DNA of 64,000 bases from Haemophilus parahaemolyticus (GCF_018373095.1 NZ_JAHAHT010000002.1:34-64033), one strand, 5' to 3'; positions 10,981 to 21,232 are shown, counted from the first letter of the stretch. Translations and numbers: made by a program. The notes: generated by a model not told the origin, from the letters alone.

Positions 10981-11661
10981 ATGTTTGAGCCGATTTTTGA
11001 AGAAAAAATTATCCCTGTAATTTCTATTGTTGCCAAAGGCGAATTTGGTGTGAGAGTGGTTAATTCGTTGATGTATCCAGCTAAAATTTACTGCTTAAAA
11101 TTTGAAGAACTAGAAGAGTTATCAAAGAATGATATGACATTTATTGTAGCAGATAAACTTAATGAAGAGGAATGGGCAAAAATCCGCCGAGCAACATCAA
11201 ATCCCATTGTTGTTGTAGGCTGTTCAATGCCAGAAGAAGTAGAATTTGCTAGTTGCTCTTTTAATGAAACCTCTACAGAATTATGTAGCAAAATAATAAA
11301 ATCTATTATTGATATCCTGACTCAGGAAGGTTTAGTTGACATTGATTTCGCAGATATTCACCGAATTTTATTTGAATGTGGTAAACACGCTAAAGCTGGT
11401 TATGCTAAAAATATGTTAGCTAAAGATGCGACTAGAAAGATATTAAATCAATTAGGCGATAAATCCGTTTCACTCGACAAAGCGAAAGGAGTATTAATCA
11501 ATATTGTTGCAGGTGAGCAATTAGAATTTAAAGAGGTTGATTTGATTACTCAAACAATCATTGAAAAAACCAACCAAGAAGCAACCATTATTTTTGGCAC
11601 AAGATTTGATACAAATAAATCAGGTAAAGAATTAGATTTAAGCGTGGTAGTAACTTACTAA
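10981..11661 (+). CDS. truncated, GTPase-motif-deficient FtsZ paralog (226 aa), monocistronic
   Basis: The N-terminus MFEPIFEEKIIPVISIVAKGEFGVRVVNSLM aligns to E. coli FtsZ MFEPMELTNDAVIKVIGVGGGGGNAVEHMV. The C-terminal ~110 aa (GLVDIDFADIHRIL...AKGVLINIVAGEQLEFKEVDLITQTI...ATIIFGTRFD...ELDLSVVVTY) aligns to the FtsZ C-terminal domain (GLMNVDFADVRTVM...ARGVLVNITAGFDLRLDEFETVGNTI...ATVVIGTSLD...ELRVTVVATG). There is no GGGTGTG T4 loop, linker or C-terminal peptide. Confidence 0.8.
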   Translation: MFEPIFEEKIIPVISIVAKGEFGVRVVNSLMYPAKIYCLKFEELEELSKNDMTFIVADKLNEEEWAKIRRATSNPIVVVGCSMPEEVEFASCSFNETSTELCSKIIKSIIDILTQEGLVDIDFADIHRILFECGKHAKAGYAKNMLAKDATRKILNQLGDKSVSLDKAKGVLINIVAGEQLEFKEVDLITQTIIEKTNQEATIIFGTRFDTNKSGKELDLSVVVTY

Positions 11662-11665
11662 AATA

Positions 11666-11710
11666 CAAGCGGTAGATTTTGCAATTTGTTTTACAGAATC
11701 CACCGCTTGT
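11666..11710. terminator. bidirectional terminator formed by an inverted USS pair, shared by the FtsZ-like gene and glmM
   Basis: ACAAGCGGTagattttgcaatttgttttacagaatccACCGCTTGT followed by TGTTT. Confidence 0.55.
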
Positions 11711-11724
11711 TGTTTATGGAAGAA

Positions 11725-13056
11725 TTAGTTACGTTTCACTGCTTCCGCAATCTCTTTCGCACAGCTTTGGGCTAACGTTGCATCTTCACACTCTACCATC
11801 ACACGAATAAGCGGTTCTGTACCTGATTTACGTAACAAGATACGTCCTTTTCCTGCTAAGCGTTCTTCTACTGTTTTTGCAACAGCTTTTACTTCTTCGC
11901 TATTGAGTGGGTTTTCACCGCCTGCGAAGCGAACGTTAATTAATACTTGTGGGAAGAGTGGCACGGCTTTTGCTAATTCGTTTAAGGTTAGATTGTGTTT
12001 TACCATTGCCACTAACACTTCAAGCGAGGCAACAATACCATCACCCGTGGTGTTTTTATCTAACACGATGATATGACCTGAGTTTTCACCGCCTAATTTC
12101 CAGCCTTTCTCTTTTAATTGCTCAAGCACATAGCGGTCGCCCACGTTGGCACGTACGAATGGAATAGCAAGCTCTTTTAATGAGAGTTCTAAACTCATAT
12201 TGCTCATCAATGTACCCACTACACCGCCTTTTAATTTGCCCGCACGCAACGCTTCACGTGCCAAAATAAACAGAATTTGGTCGCCATCTACTTTATTGCC
12301 TAAGTGGTCTACCATCATAATGCGGTCGCCATCACCATCGTAAGCTAAACCGATGTCTGCTTCCGACTCTTTCACCACTTTTTGAAGTGCTTTAATGTCA
12401 GTTGCCCCGCATTTTTCGTTGATGTTTAAACCGTTCGGGCGAGTACCAATTTCGATCACATCAGCCCCTAACTCACGCATTACGTTTGGTGCAATGTGGT
12501 AAGTTGCACCGTTCGCACAATCCACCACAATTTTTAAGCCGTCTAAGCTTAATTCGGATGGGAAACCTGCTTTACAAAATTCAATGTAACGACCCGCCGC
12601 ATCATTGATACGGCTCGCCTTACCAAGGTTTGCAGAGTCAACACAATCCATCGGCTCATCTAACATCGCTTCGATCGCTTCTTCCACTTCATCAGGTAAT
12701 TTTTCGCCCACTGATGAGAAGAATTTGATTCCGTTGTCGTAGTATGGGTTGTGAGACGCTGAAATCACGATCCCCGCTTCTGCACGGAAAGTGCGGGTTA
12801 AATACGCAATTGCAGGGGTTGGCATTGGACCGACGAATACCGCAGATAAACCTGCTGCAGTTAAACCTGCTTCAAGTGCTGATTCCAGCATATAGCCAGA
12901 AATACGGGTGTCTTTACCAATAATCACTTTTTTCGTGCCTTGAGTCGCAAGTACTTTACCTGCTGCCCAACCGAGTTTTAACGCAAATTCTGGCGTAATT
13001 GGGAATTTACCGACTTCACCACGTACACCATCTGTACCGAAATATTTGCGAGCCAT
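11725..13056 (-). CDS. glmM: phosphoglucosamine mutase
   Basis: [24 protein letters not shown]... and the active-site SASHNP. Full-length GlmM, 443 aa. Confidence 0.95.
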   Translation of the reverse strand: MARKYFGTDGVRGEVGKFPITPEFALKLGWAAGKVLATQGTKKVIIGKDTRISGYMLESALEAGLTAAGLSAVFVGPMPTPAIAYLTRTFRAEAGIVISASHNPYYDNGIKFFSSVGEKLPDEVEEAIEAMLDEPMDCVDSANLGKASRINDAAGRYIEFCKAGFPSELSLDGLKIVVDCANGATYHIAPNVMRELGADVIEIGTRPNGLNINEKCGATDIKALQKVVKESEADIGLAYDGDGDRIMMVDHLGNKVDGDQILFILAREALRAGKLKGGVVGTLMSNMSLELSLKELAIPFVRANVGDRYVLEQLKEKGWKLGGENSGHIIVLDKNTTGDGIVASLEVLVAMVKHNLTLNELAKAVPLFPQVLINVRFAGGENPLNSEEVKAVAKTVEERLAGKGRILLRKSGTEPLIRVMVECEDATLAQSCAKEIAEAVKRN

Positions 13057-13065
13057 AAATGTTCC

Positions 13066-14589
13066 TTATTTTAAAAAGTATTGATAAGCCAAGCTGTCGC
13101 TCACGTCTTGGTAGCGATAGCCTAATTGTTCTAAATGTTTGGTTAATTCTGCTTCTGAGCCTTCAGCTACAGGGAATGCGGCTAAAATATCGCCGTAGTC
13201 TGCACCGTGTGCACGGTAGTGGAACAACGAAATATCCCAATCAGTTAAGGCTTGTAAGAATGTAAGCAATGCCCCTTTCTGTTCTGGGAAGTCAAAGCGG
13301 TAGAGTTTTTCGTTTTGAATACTAGCCGGTCTGCCACCAATCATATAACGCACGTGGGTTTTAGCGATGTCATCATCTGATAAATCGCTCACATCGTAAC
13401 CATTTTGGCGAAGCTCCTCGAGAATTTCTGCTTTTTCTTGGCTGCCAGAAATACGAACACCTACGAAGATACACGCGTTGGCATCATCTGCATGACGGTA
13501 GTTAAATTCTGTCACCGCACGGCTACCCAGAATTTGGCAAAATTTTAAGAAGCTGCCTTTCTGCTCTGGAATGGTTACCGCTAATAAGGCTTCACGTTTT
13601 TCGCCAATTTCGCAACGCTCAGACACAAAACGCAAGGTATGGAAATTAAGGTTTGCACCTGAGAGCACGCAAGCAAGATTTTCTCCTTCGATGCCGTGCT
13701 TTTTCACATATTTTTTCAAACCTGCAAGCGAGGTTGCGCCCGAAGGCTCCGCCACCGCACGTACATTCTCAAAAATATCTTTCAGTGCCGCACAAATTTC
13801 ATCATTATCGACTAAAACTACATCATCGACATATTGTTTACAAATACGGAAAGTTTCATCGCCAATGCGTTTTACCGCAATACCGTCTGCGAATAAACCT
13901 ACGTGATCTAAATCGACAGGCTGACCCGCTTTTAATGCGTGATATAAACAAGCAGAGTCTTTGGATTCTACCCCAATGACTTGAATTTCAGGCAGAAGTT
14001 GTTTCACGAGCACTGCGATCCCAGCAATCAAACCGCCGCCGCCAACAGGCACAAAAATGCGGTTTAGATCGGAACGTTGCTGAATGAGCTCCATCGCAAT
14101 TGTGCCTTGCCCTGCAATCACGGCTGGAGCATCAAATGGGTGGATAAAGGTCATATTCAACTCTTTCGAAAGCTCAAGTGCTTTGGCTTTGGCTTCGTCA
14201 AAGTTCGCACCATAAAGCAATACTTCTCCACCAAAACCACGCACCGCATCCACTTTAATACTTGGTGTATTTTGTGGCATCACAATTAAGGCACGTAAGC
14301 CTAAATGTTTCGCTGAAAGCGCGACACCTTGAGCGTGGTTACCCGCAGAAGCCGCAATCACACCCGCTTCTTTTTGAGCTTTAGAAAGATTAGAAATCAT
14401 CGCAAATGCCCCGCGTAGCTTAAAGCTATGCACTGGCTGGCGATCTTCACGTTTGATGAAAATATTATTTTTCAAGCGTGAAGAGAGCTTGTCCATTTTT
14501 TGTAATGGCGTGACTTGAGCGAGATCATAAATATTGGAACTAAGAATAGTGCGGAGATAGTCCGTATTCGATTGGATTTGTTGTGTCAT
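13066..14589 (-). CDS. ilvA: threonine dehydratase, biosynthetic
   Basis: MTQQIQSNTDYLRTILSSNIYDL... with the PLP-lysine motif (SFKLRGA) and two C-terminal ACT-like regulatory domains. The start was taken at the MTQQ ATG rather than the longer ORF. Confidence 0.93.
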   Translation of the reverse strand: MTQQIQSNTDYLRTILSSNIYDLAQVTPLQKMDKLSSRLKNNIFIKREDRQPVHSFKLRGAFAMISNLSKAQKEAGVIAASAGNHAQGVALSAKHLGLRALIVMPQNTPSIKVDAVRGFGGEVLLYGANFDEAKAKALELSKELNMTFIHPFDAPAVIAGQGTIAMELIQQRSDLNRIFVPVGGGGLIAGIAVLVKQLLPEIQVIGVESKDSACLYHALKAGQPVDLDHVGLFADGIAVKRIGDETFRICKQYVDDVVLVDNDEICAALKDIFENVRAVAEPSGATSLAGLKKYVKKHGIEGENLACVLSGANLNFHTLRFVSERCEIGEKREALLAVTIPEQKGSFLKFCQILGSRAVTEFNYRHADDANACIFVGVRISGSQEKAEILEELRQNGYDVSDLSDDDIAKTHVRYMIGGRPASIQNEKLYRFDFPEQKGALLTFLQALTDWDISLFHYRAHGADYGDILAAFPVAEGSEAELTKHLEQLGYRYQDVSDSLAYQYFLK

Positions 14590-14683
14590 ATGATTGATTT
14601 TAATGATCTTCCCAAAGGCAGGGATTGAAAGGGTTAGATAGTCGAAAAGGGCGTGTTTAGCACGCCCCATTGCAATTAGTTAA

Positions 14684-15280
14684 TTAGTGTCCACTACAAC
14701 CACAGCCACCATGATTGTGTCCGTGATCATGATGATGGTGATGACCACCGCCACAGCAGCCGTGACCTTCTTCTTCATCGCTGTCGTGACCACCACAGCC
14801 ACAACCGTGTTCGTGACCAGAATGAATGTGACCGTGTGCAATCTCTTCTAAAGTTGCTTCACGTGTACCCACTACTTCTACAGAGAAGAGTAATTCTTGA
14901 CCTGCAAGCATATGGTTACCATCAACCACTACTTCATCGCCATCCACTTCAGTGATCACAACAGGCAATGGACCTAAGTCAGTATCTGCGATAAAACGCA
15001 TACCTACTTCTAATTCCTCTACGCCCATAAATACATCTTTCGGCACACGTTGTACCATATTTTCGTTGTATTCGCCGTAGCCTTCTTCTGGGCTTACACG
15101 CACTTCGAAAGTATCACCAACCGCTTTACCTTCTAATGCCTTTTCTAAGCCTTCAACAAGATTGTTGTGACCGTGTAAGTATTCTAGCGGTTGGTTCACT
15201 GGTGCTTCATCCACTAATACGCCATCTTGAGTACGTACTTGATAAGCAATGCTTGGTACTACGTTTTTAGTAATTTTCAT
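14684..15280 (-). CDS. slyD: FKBP-type peptidyl-prolyl isomerase SlyD with a His/Cys-rich metal-binding tail
   Basis: MKITKNVVPSIAYQVRTQDGVLVDE... FKBP and IF domains. C-terminus HGHIHSGHEHGCGCGGHD...GGGHHHHHDHGHNHGGCGCSGH. Confidence 0.92.
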   Translation of the reverse strand: MKITKNVVPSIAYQVRTQDGVLVDEAPVNQPLEYLHGHNNLVEGLEKALEGKAVGDTFEVRVSPEEGYGEYNENMVQRVPKDVFMGVEELEVGMRFIADTDLGPLPVVITEVDGDEVVVDGNHMLAGQELLFSVEVVGTREATLEEIAHGHIHSGHEHGCGCGGHDSDEEEGHGCCGGGHHHHHDHGHNHGGCGCSGH

Positions 15281-15583
15281 TAAAAATGATCCTTTGTTTA
15301 TATAAAAAATTAACCGCATTGTAGCGGTTTGTATGATATTTGCAAATAGTAAGCGAATTATGACCGCTTGTCTATGAATAGATCTAAAAACCGAGAGAGT
15401 GCATATCTCAAACAGGAATAAAGTTAATTATTTTGATTAAATGTTAAAAGATAATAAACAGCTAAACAAATGTAACTTAATTTAAGTATTTTTGTTTGAT
15501 AAAGCTATATAACAGGCGTAGAATCACACACTCTTCAAAAGTCGGAAATTTTTTATCTTTTAAATTAATTTGAGGACATCAAA

Positions 15584-16186
15584 ATGAGCTTATTCTCAGA
15601 ACCATCTAAACGTCGTTATGGCGTGGCGGTATTTGTTGGTATTATCGCGGGCATTATTTCAGCATTCGTAAAATGGGGTGCAGAGCATCCATTCCCACCA
15701 CGTAGTCCAATTGATTTCTTCGAAGCTGCGTGTAAAGTGGACATCACTGGTTTAACTCAAAACCAAATTTTCGAAGTTTGTTCACGTGCTTTCTTAAATC
15801 CACCACACGTTTTCTTACGCGACTACATCGGTATCGACCCAACAGAAGCAGTATTCACATTTGCAGACCACGCATTTAACTGGATCGGAGTAACTCATAT
15901 GCTTTTCTCATTAGTGTTCGCTATCGGTTACTGTGTTGTGGCTGAAATCTTCCCGAAAATTAAATTCTGGCAAGGTATCGGTGCGGGTATCATCGCAAAC
16001 ATCTGTGTTCACTACATTACATTCCCTGCGTTAGGTTTAACACCACCAGTTGCAGAATGGCCATTATATGAGCACATCTCTGAATTAGTAGGTCACATCT
16101 TCTGGTTCTGGACAATCGAGGTAATTCGCCGCGATTTACGCAACCGTATTACTCACCAACCAGATGTTGATGAAATAAGTCGCTAA
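15584..16186 (+). CDS. YagU-family (DUF1440) inner membrane protein
   Basis: Strong similarity to E. coli YagU: [33 protein letters not shown]... and ...[21 protein letters not shown]. Confidence 0.85.
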   Translation: MSLFSEPSKRRYGVAVFVGIIAGIISAFVKWGAEHPFPPRSPIDFFEAACKVDITGLTQNQIFEVCSRAFLNPPHVFLRDYIGIDPTEAVFTFADHAFNWIGVTHMLFSLVFAIGYCVVAEIFPKIKFWQGIGAGIIANICVHYITFPALGLTPPVAEWPLYEHISELVGHIFWFWTIEVIRRDLRNRITHQPDVDEISR

Positions 16187-16196
16187 TTTCTTATTT

Positions 16197-16228
16197 AAAA
16201 AGCCACAATTAAATAATTGTGGCTTTTT
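16197..16228. terminator. bidirectional terminator between the yagU-like gene and the PEtn transferase gene
   Basis: AAAAAGCCACAATTaaatAATTGTGGCTTTTT. Confidence 0.6.
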
Positions 16229-16238
16229 ACACAGTTTA

Positions 16239-17792
16239 TTACTTCAAACGTACATCTACCGCAGGATCTACATCCTTACGGTATTTCTCTTTAATCTGTT
16301 TTTGTAAACCATAGTCGTCTTTATCTGCTTGATTTGAAAACAGATCTTCCTTGCCAAGTTTTGGATTTTGAATCCCCACCCAATGAGCGATGCCTTCTAA
16401 GAAGTTCAATCCAGATTTGAATACTTTATATTCGTGGCGTTCAGTGTCATCAGACGAAATTTTAAATAGCGGAATATTATGGTGTAACTGGCTGTGGCAG
16501 TTTTGGTTGAACAAAATCGCACCATCTTTTTCGTTCGTTTGATGACATAAACCGTGGTCAGAGAAATAGATCATCGAGAATGAACGGTGCGTTTTTTGCT
16601 CGTTCTCTTTCAATTGCTCATAGGTGCGTTTTAAGAAATCATCGGTTTTCTTAATCGATGAGATGTAGCAATTGAGGTAATCATATTGCGGTTTGATTTC
16701 ACCTTCTTTAAAGATTTTCGGATAATCCTCCACGCGGTCACAAGCTAACGGGTGTGAGCCGTAAAGGTGCAATACGATAAAGCGTTTACCTTGTGCAGGG
16801 GCTTCTAACACTTGAGCGAATTTCGGCAAGAGATCAAAGTCACTGTAATTGGTAGAGTTAAAGCTACCACCATTTTTAAGAAATATTGTTTCATCCGCTT
16901 TGGAGGCAAGCGAGGAAATTGGTGTGTCATATTCGCCTAAAAAGCCTTGATTGGAAATCCAATAGGTTTTTACGTCTGCGGATTTTACGAGGTCAAGCAA
17001 GCTCAAATCATAGTGTGGCTCCCAACTTTCTTTGTTTGGCAACGTAAGCATTAAACGCAATGACGCGATGGTGTTTGTACCTGCGGAGGTCATTCCGTCA
17101 ATCAACGTACCGTTCGCACTCGACATAAAAGGGGTGTTTTCCACAGGGTAGCCATAGGCGCGATGGTAATCTTTGCGAGCACTTTCGCCTAATACAATCA
17201 CATAATCATCATATTTCGAATTTTCGAGCGTTGAGCTACCCCAATTGTTCGCTTTTGCCATCTCTTTAAGCGTGTGCATCTCTTTGGTAATTTTTACCGC
17301 AGAATCAACCGCTTGTTTAAGTGGCTCTGCAATAGGTGAATAATAGGCAAAGAGCAAGCCTGAAAGTACCACGAAGGTACGATTGCGTTGGAATTGAATG
17401 CCTGTATTCAAACGGATTTTATATTGCAGCCAGATAAGCAACGGAATTACAAACGCAATGAGGTAGCTGCTGATTGGCATTTGCTGTAAGAACTCTTTGG
17501 TTTCAAGCAAATCCGTGGCAAAAATTGAGGCGATATATTGGTAACTTGGTGCACCAAAATTTAAGCCTGTTGGCGTATAAATTGCGTGAATGATTGCTAG
17601 CGGAAGCAGTAAAAAATAGAAGGCTTTTTTGCTAGAGCTGAGGAAAATAATCAGTACGCTGGTCAGCAGAATTTGCCCGACATCAGGTTCAGGGAACATT
17701 CCTGAACCGATAAGGAGAAAGTAACTGCTGAGTAGGGTAATTGCAAGAATTAATATCAGTGCGGTAGGTTTAGAAAGATTAGCGAGTTTCAT
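16239..17792 (-). CDS. sulfatase-family phosphoethanolamine transferase, EptA/EptB/Lpt-like
   Basis: An N-terminal ~150-aa multi-TM domain plus a periplasmic sulfatase/alkaline-phosphatase-like domain (..[13 protein letters not shown].., ..[13 protein letters not shown].., ..MIYFSDHG..). Confidence 0.8.
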   Translation of the reverse strand: MKLANLSKPTALILILAITLLSSYFLLIGSGMFPEPDVGQILLTSVLIIFLSSSKKAFYFLLLPLAIIHAIYTPTGLNFGAPSYQYIASIFATDLLETKEFLQQMPISSYLIAFVIPLLIWLQYKIRLNTGIQFQRNRTFVVLSGLLFAYYSPIAEPLKQAVDSAVKITKEMHTLKEMAKANNWGSSTLENSKYDDYVIVLGESARKDYHRAYGYPVENTPFMSSANGTLIDGMTSAGTNTIASLRLMLTLPNKESWEPHYDLSLLDLVKSADVKTYWISNQGFLGEYDTPISSLASKADETIFLKNGGSFNSTNYSDFDLLPKFAQVLEAPAQGKRFIVLHLYGSHPLACDRVEDYPKIFKEGEIKPQYDYLNCYISSIKKTDDFLKRTYEQLKENEQKTHRSFSMIYFSDHGLCHQTNEKDGAILFNQNCHSQLHHNIPLFKISSDDTERHEYKVFKSGLNFLEGIAHWVGIQNPKLGKEDLFSNQADKDDYGLQKQIKEKYRKDVDPAVDVRLK

Positions 17793-17815
17793 AATACAAA
17801 TAGATAAGAAAAACG

Positions 17816-17916
17816 TTTACTCTCTCCCCTCGTAGGGAGAGACAGGAAAATTGCATTTAGCAATTTGTCAAAGAGGAGCAAAAAAGCGGTCAAAAATGAC
17901 CGCTTACTCTCTCCCA
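17816..17916. repeat. a GC-rich palindrome of the CTCTCCC..GGGAGAG family and a 12-bp direct repeat (TTACTCTCTCCC, two copies) flanking a tight USS hairpin
   Basis: tttACTCTCTCCCctcgtaGGGAGAGacagg at 17816-17843. AAGCGGTCAaaaaTGACCGCTT at 17884-17905. A second TTACTCTCTCCC at 17904-17916. Confidence 0.4.
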
Positions 17917-17974
17917 AATTTCAATGCTGAACGCCTTGAAATTATCCCTCTCCTACAAAGGAAAAGGGCAATCA

Positions 17975-19162
17975 TTAAGCCGTTACTTTATTCTTATTTG
18001 TCGTAGCTTTCAATAGAATATAGCCGACAACTGCCGATAAATTCGTTCCAATTAAGATACCTAATTGAGCTAATGGGAGCATATTGCTGCCATCATTATT
18101 ATCCGCACCGAAAGCTAAGCCTGCGATAAAAACAGACATCGTGAAACCAATACCACAAAGCACCGCAATCGCAAAAATCTGTTTGAAATTGACCCCTTGT
18201 GGTAAACCTGCAAGGCGAAGCAACACTGCAACATAGCTGAATAAGAATACACCAACTGGTTTACCAATAAACAAACCCAATGCGATACCTAGTGGCACAG
18301 GTGAAGTCAATTTTTCTAAGCTCATACCATCAAATGAGACGCCTGCATTGGCAAATGCGAAGAGCGGTAGAATCACAAATGAACACCAAGGAGCTAAAAT
18401 ATGTTCTAAGTGGTAAAGAGGTGTTTCACCATTTTTACCTCGTAGAGGGATTGCAAAACCAATGATCACACCAGCCAATGTCGCATGTACACCTGATTTC
18501 AGCACAGATGCCCATAAAATTGATCCGACGATTAAGTAGTGAATCATACTCACTACTTTATAACGGTTCATCGTGAATAACGTAATAATCGCAAGACTCG
18601 CCACAATTAACGCAGGCATACTCATTTCGTGTGAGAAGAAAATAGCAATTACCACAATAGCACCAATATCATCAATAATGGCTAACGCAAGCAAGAACAT
18701 TTTTAGTGGTAATGGCACTTGCTTACTGAGTAATGCGACAATACCTAATGCAAAAGCAATATCCGTCGCCATTGGGATTGCCCAACCACGAACAAGTTCA
18801 GGATCATGGTGATTGATAAAATAGTAAATCAACGCAGGTACAATCATTCCACCAAATGCGGCAAATGCGGGAAGAGAAGCTTTACGCACGCTTGAAAGCG
18901 AGCCTTCAAACATTTCTCGTTTGACTTCAAGTCCAACAAGCACAAAAAAGACCGCCATAAAGCCATCATTAATCCACATTAAAAGTGGTTTATCAATCGC
19001 AAAAGCCCCAACCTTCAACACCACTTGGGTTTGTAAAAAATCAAAATAGACAGATTGTACGCCTGTGTTGGCACAAATAATCGCTAATATAGCCGCGACA
19101 AAAAGCAGGATGCCGCCTGAAGATTCAAGTTTAAGGAAATTCTTAATTTGCCTAATCATCAT
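17975..19162 (-). CDS. nhaA: Na+/H+ antiporter NhaA
   Basis: Full-length similarity to E. coli NhaA (..[21 protein letters not shown].., ..[14 protein letters not shown].., ..[14 protein letters not shown]..). Confidence 0.95.
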   Translation of the reverse strand: MMIRQIKNFLKLESSGGILLFVAAILAIICANTGVQSVYFDFLQTQVVLKVGAFAIDKPLLMWINDGFMAVFFVLVGLEVKREMFEGSLSSVRKASLPAFAAFGGMIVPALIYYFINHHDPELVRGWAIPMATDIAFALGIVALLSKQVPLPLKMFLLALAIIDDIGAIVVIAIFFSHEMSMPALIVASLAIITLFTMNRYKVVSMIHYLIVGSILWASVLKSGVHATLAGVIIGFAIPLRGKNGETPLYHLEHILAPWCSFVILPLFAFANAGVSFDGMSLEKLTSPVPLGIALGLFIGKPVGVFLFSYVAVLLRLAGLPQGVNFKQIFAIAVLCGIGFTMSVFIAGLAFGADNNDGSNMLPLAQLGILIGTNLSAVVGYILLKATTNKNKVTA

Positions 19163-19345
19163 TCACTCCTTATATTGGCAAAAAACATCGTAAAACAAAA
19201 CTACAACACAAACGGCAAAATTAACCGCTTGCAAGCTTATTCCATTATCTTATAACATTTTTTTATCATAAAAGAAAAGTTATTTTATCCATAATTTTGA
19301 TAAAATATCGTCTATCGAAAATATCAAATTAAAAGAAATTTATTT

Positions 19346-19774
19346 ATGTCAAATCACTGGCTTTATTGGGCACTCGCCTCGGCAGTTTTTGCCTCACTCA
19401 CGGCAATTTTTGCCAAAATAGGTTTGCAAGGCGTCAATTCCGATTTTGCGACCTTTATCCGCACCATCGTTATCATTCTTGCTCTTATTCTTTTTTTAAC
19501 CTACACCCGCAAATGGCAGCCACTTAGCTCGCTCAACGGTAAAAACTGGCTATTTTTAATCCTCTCAGGCTTGGCAACGGGAGCGTCGTGGTTGGCTTAT
19601 TTCAAAGCCTTGCAAATGGGCAATGCCTCACAAGTTGCCCCTATCGATAAATTGAGCCTTGCACTGGTTGCTGTTTTTGCTTTTCTGTTTTTAGGCGAAC
19701 GCCCAAGCCAACAAGAGTGGCTAGGTATTGGCTTAGTAGTTGCTGGCGTATTAACCTTAGCTCTCAAGCGGTAG
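19346..19774 (+). CDS. small EamA-like/DMT-superfamily 4-TM transporter
   Basis: 142 aa with four hydrophobic segments and an EamA-type pattern (..FASLTAIFAKIGLQ.., ..ASWLAYFKALQMGNASQVAPIDKLS..). Confidence 0.7.
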   Translation: MSNHWLYWALASAVFASLTAIFAKIGLQGVNSDFATFIRTIVIILALILFLTYTRKWQPLSSLNGKNWLFLILSGLATGASWLAYFKALQMGNASQVAPIDKLSLALVAVFAFLFLGERPSQQEWLGIGLVVAGVLTLALKR

Positions 19775-19778
19775 ATTC

Positions 19779-20510
19779 ATGGAACACTTTTGCCAAATTG
19801 AGGTGGTGTTTGCCCACAATGATGAGACAATTGCCGAGCCATTTTCACCGCCTGAACATTTTACAGAACGCCAGCTAAAGCGTTGGAAAAGCCGACGAAT
19901 GGCAAAATTTTTGCTGAAAACGTTGCTCAAAAAGCACGGTTTTGATCCGAATTTAGCCGAACAGATTCAGCGAGCAAAAAATGGTCGCCCTTATTTCGCA
20001 CAGCAAGAAATTGATTTTAACATCACACATTCGGGCGATTATGTCGCCATTATTTTTGCGAAAGTGGCAAGTGGGGAACGAAGCCCTGTAGTCGGTATTG
20101 ATTTAGAGCATCCGCAAAAAATTCGCCGTTTTGAACCACTTATCCGCCACTATGCCGATGCGATTGAAGCAGAACAGTTGCTTGAAAAACCACAGATTTT
20201 GACGAATTTAGCAGAACGCTTTTATTTGAGCTGGTGTTTGCGAGAAGCAGTGCTAAAATCGCAGGGAGTGGGGATTATGAAGCTGTCGGAAGTGACTCAC
20301 CGCCCCAATGAGAAAACGATAAAAAGCCAGCATTGTCCGCGAGGTGTTTTGCATTTTTATCATCAATTCCCGTTTTTTCTTGCCTATTTCTTTGGATTTT
20401 GCAACAGATACCAGCTAGATTTATGGGAATGGAAAAAGGGTGGTTTGCAAAAAAACTGTGCATTTCAACCGCTTGTTTATTCAGTCAATGAAGGAATATC
20501 GTATGAGTAA
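19779..20510 (+). CDS. 4'-phosphopantetheinyl transferase, Sfp/EntD/AcpT type
   Basis: PPTase motifs FNITHSGDYVAI, GIDLE and WCLREAVLKSQG. The 3' end overlaps nudF by 8 nt. Confidence 0.8.
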   Translation: MEHFCQIEVVFAHNDETIAEPFSPPEHFTERQLKRWKSRRMAKFLLKTLLKKHGFDPNLAEQIQRAKNGRPYFAQQEIDFNITHSGDYVAIIFAKVASGERSPVVGIDLEHPQKIRRFEPLIRHYADAIEAEQLLEKPQILTNLAERFYLSWCLREAVLKSQGVGIMKLSEVTHRPNEKTIKSQHCPRGVLHFYHQFPFFLAYFFGFCNRYQLDLWEWKKGGLQKNCAFQPLVYSVNEGISYE

Positions 20511-21123
20511 TATCTTACAATTTGGTCAAAAAGACCTCGAAATTATTAAAGAAGAGACTGTCTATAAAGGACATTTTGAGCTAAAGAAAATCCATTTTCG
20601 CCATAAACTTTTTTCAGGCAAATTCAGTGGCGAAGTGGTGCGTGAATTACTTGTTAAAGGCGAAGCAGCAGCACTGATTGCTTACGATCCAAAATTGGAT
20701 AATGTCGTTTTGGTTGAGCAAGTTCGCATTGGTGCATATCAAAAACATTCAGACCAAACCCCGTGGCTACTCGAATTAGTGGCAGGAATGGTGGATAAAG
20801 GCGAAGAGAACCCAGCCGAAGTTGCCAAACGCGAAGCCTTTGAAGAAGCGGGGATTGAAGTCAAAGAGGTCGAACACGCCTTAAGCGTTTGGGACAGCCC
20901 AGGTGGACAATTCGAACGTTTGCATCTTTTCCTCGGTTTAATCGACAGTACCCAAGTCGGCAACGGTTCAATCCATGGTTTGGAAGAAGAAAATGAAGAT
21001 ATTTTAGTACACGTAGTTCCTAGAACCCAAGCCTACCAATGGGTTATTGAGGGAAAAATAGATAACGTGATTGCGGTCATTGGCTTGCAGTGGTTGGAGC
21101 TAAATTACAAAAAATATCGCTGA
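20503..21123 (+). CDS. nudF: ADP-ribose pyrophosphatase
   Basis: MSNILQFGQKDLEIIKEETVYKGHFEL...LLELVAGMVDKGEENPAEVAKREAFEEAG (Nudix box). Near-collinear with E. coli NudF. AAGGAA RBS. Confidence 0.92.
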   Translation: MSNILQFGQKDLEIIKEETVYKGHFELKKIHFRHKLFSGKFSGEVVRELLVKGEAAALIAYDPKLDNVVLVEQVRIGAYQKHSDQTPWLLELVAGMVDKGEENPAEVAKREAFEEAGIEVKEVEHALSVWDSPGGQFERLHLFLGLIDSTQVGNGSIHGLEEENEDILVHVVPRTQAYQWVIEGKIDNVIAVIGLQWLELNYKKYR

Positions 21124-21232
21124 TTTATTAAGTGAAAAGTTTGATTTAGATCATCATTCTATTTATTTTAGCGAGTATAATCAAGTTGCCTATTATAGAG
21201 GCAATTTAATCAATCAATAACAAGAGGTTTAT

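Noticed and set aside
13571-14289. Plus-strand ORFs within ilvA (13571..13906, 13653..13979, 14077..14289)
   Set aside because: These are shadow ORFs on the opposite strand of a full-length conserved ilvA.
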